Source: Octopus sinensis
Lineage: Eukaryota
Length of the DNA stretch: 64,000 bases
Direction of reading: 5' to 3'
Assembly (NCBI RefSeq): GCF_006345805.1
Contig: NC_042998.1
Location: 34,038,001-34,102,000, forward strand
Each line of letters opens with the position of its first letter. Position 1 is the first letter of the stretch. Positions 62,151-64,000 of the stretch are shown here, in pieces. Below the pieces are notes generated by a model. The model saw only the letters and a program-made list of their open reading frames with translations. It did not search any database and had not been told where the DNA came from. The position numbers and the translations under genes were made by a program.

Positions 62151-62548
62151 GGCATAGGAGTGGCTGTGTGGTAAGTAGCTTGCTTACCAACCACATAGTT
62201 CCGGGTTCAGTCCCACTGAGTGGCACCTTGGGCAAGTGTCTTCTACTATAGTCTTGGGCCAACCAAAGCTTATTGAGTGCATTTAGTAGATGGAAACTGA
62301 AAGAAGCCCATTGTATATATATATATATATGTGTGTGTGTGTATGTGTTTGTGTATCTGTTTGTCCCCCCAACATTGCTTGACAACCAAAGCTGGTGTGT
62401 TTATGTCCCCGTAACTTAGCAGTTCAGCAAAACAGACCGATAGAATAAGTACTAGGCTTACAAAGAATAAGTCCCGGGGTCGATTTGCTTGACTAAAGGC
62501 TGTGCTCCAGCATGGCTGGAACAAGTAAAAGAGTAAAAGAATAAAAGA
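62151..62548 (+). mobile_element. SINE family A
   Basis: Family signature sequence. Confidence 0.92.
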
Positions 62549-62970
62549 ATATGTAATGTGCGTGTGTGCGCGTGCGCACATTTAAAATCTTTTTCTTCTG
62601 ATGTGATGGATAAGCCATCGTATTTAAATTAATTATGTGAGTTAATTTTGTACTTACAAAATTGAAGATGTTTTACCTCATTGAAACTGCTGTCAAAAAC
62701 AAATTACGCATCATACAAAATTAATGCTTTTCTGTTGTTTGTTATGAAATGGATGGGAAAGAGAGTGGGGCCAGCTTGGAGACGATTCCAATGATTGCTC
62801 CCGAATGGGCACTGATGCTGCTGAAGCCCTGCATTAAGAAAACACTCAGGTTCAAATAGATTAATGATAAAAGACAATCCATCCATGACATCTTTGTAGA
62901 GGTATTTAAGATTACATTATATAATATGCATAATTAAATCTCAGAATGAGATTGAAACAGTAATCGCTCA

Positions 62971-63268
62971 ATAATGTAAAGTATAGAAGCCATCTTATCA
63001 TGGCTAACCACATTGGGGAGGGGGTTGTTACTGTAGCTTTATACAATTGCCGCCCGTTGACGAGGGACAAACATCCCGAAACTAGTTCGAGCGTATCACT
63101 CAGGCTTGCGAGGAAGGGATGGCCTCTCTTTGCAAACACTCCAAAGACACAGATATTGTGTTTAGAGCCAGCTAGAGACGAAGATCTCTTGGGGCTAAAA
63201 AGCTACAGTAACAACCCCCTCCCCAATGTGGTTAGCCATGATAAGATGGTTTCTATACTTTACATTAT
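62971..63268. mobile_element. Penelope-like inverted pseudo-LTR structure (70 bp arms, one mismatch)
   Basis: 62971-63040 versus 63199-63268; the spacer contains a hammerhead-like motif. Confidence 0.65.
63051..63093 (+). ncRNA. Minimal type I hammerhead ribozyme-like motif, probably inactivated (C3U)
   Basis: CGCCCG-TTGACGA-GGGA(CAAACA)TCCC-GAAA-CTAG-TT-CGAGCG: perfect 4 bp stem II, palindromic ACTAGT stem III, GUU triplet and 5 of 6 stem I pairs. Confidence 0.6.
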
Positions 63269-63635
63269 ATAATATGTTTTCCTTTTTTCCTTATTTACAG
63301 TAGAAGGCACGATTTGAGGAAGATTTAGCTGTTATATCTCACACCTTCGACAACCATTTAGAGGTTTCCTCACTGGTTTGTTTAATTGTAATAATCATTA
63401 TATTTGAGATCATTCTTGTGCACACTAATAACATTTCAATATTCTCTGACTCCTACAACATTTATGACCCCACTGTTAGAAGCAGAGGTCGTGTGGCTGA
63501 TGAATTATTTATATGATGATCAAATCCAATTCTAGTTTCTGATTCAAACAGTTATCTCATAATTGTTTTCCTATAATTTATCAATATTATCACCATATGT
63601 CGTACCAAGATTGTAAATTTATTTCATTATTTCAG

Positions 63636-63668
63636 AGCTGGTACCATAGATAATGAGGGTTATCTGAG
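63636..63668 (+). CDS. Candidate 33 nt micro-exon (AGTIDNEGYL)
   Basis: TTCATTATTTCAG| acceptor, AG|GTGAGG donor, length a multiple of 3 and only one stop-free frame. Confidence 0.25.
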
Positions 63669-63863
63669 GTGAGGATATTGCTCAGCGTGTGCGAAAGTAC
63701 CTCAGACAATGAAGGTTATCTCAACTTTGGTTATTGCTCACTAAAAATTATTTCAGACTTGGATTATTTTTAAATTTAGCAATCCTAGCAATTATTTATA
63801 CTTAAAATTATAAATCTTCAAAAAGGACAATATAAAATTCTGAAAAATGTTAATCATACATGC

Positions 63864-64000
63864 AGGCATGGGTGTGTAGTAGGAAATTTGTTTCCTAGTC
63901 ACACAGTTCCAGGTTCCAGGTTCAACTCCATGCATGACACCTAGGGCAAGTGTCTTTTACTATAGCATCAGGTTAACCAAAGCTTTGTGAGTGGACTTAG
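63864..64000 (+). mobile_element. SINE family A head, cut by window end
   Basis: GCATGGGTGTGTAGTAGG...GGGCAAGTGTCTTTTACTATAGC. Confidence 0.8.

Overview
AT-rich, repeat-saturated eukaryotic DNA, most likely an intronic or intergenic stretch of an octopus (coleoid cephalopod) genome. This assignment is inferred from the tRNA-headed SINE families with (TA)n(TG)n linkers, the (ATG)n-tailed RTE-type repeats and the dense microsatellites. No intact host protein-coding gene, rRNA, true tRNA or CRISPR array is supported, and almost all ORFs in the supplied track are SINE, microsatellite or antisense artefacts. The window holds: a 5 kb complex satellite (~660 bp unit) with three internal inversions; decayed LINEs (two RTE lineages, a HERO-type REL-endonuclease element, Penelope-like fragments); decayed DNA transposons (FLYWCH-MULE with 9 bp TSD, hAT, Helitrons, a Helentron-type HINE, piggyBac MITEs, long-TIR foldback elements); about 45 SINE or LINE-tail copies; and two weak host-exon candidates. 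The most interesting observations are a canonically spaced E-box/TATA/Inr promoter plus a structured motif in the HERO 3' region, a near-intact minimal hammerhead ribozyme inside a 70 bp inverted repeat, a doubly nested foldback enclosing a GC3-rich short ORF, and head/core/tail shuffling among SINE families. I did not find convincing evidence of a wholly new biological system. Coordinates were counted by hand; element boundaries are approximate unless TIRs or TSDs are quoted.
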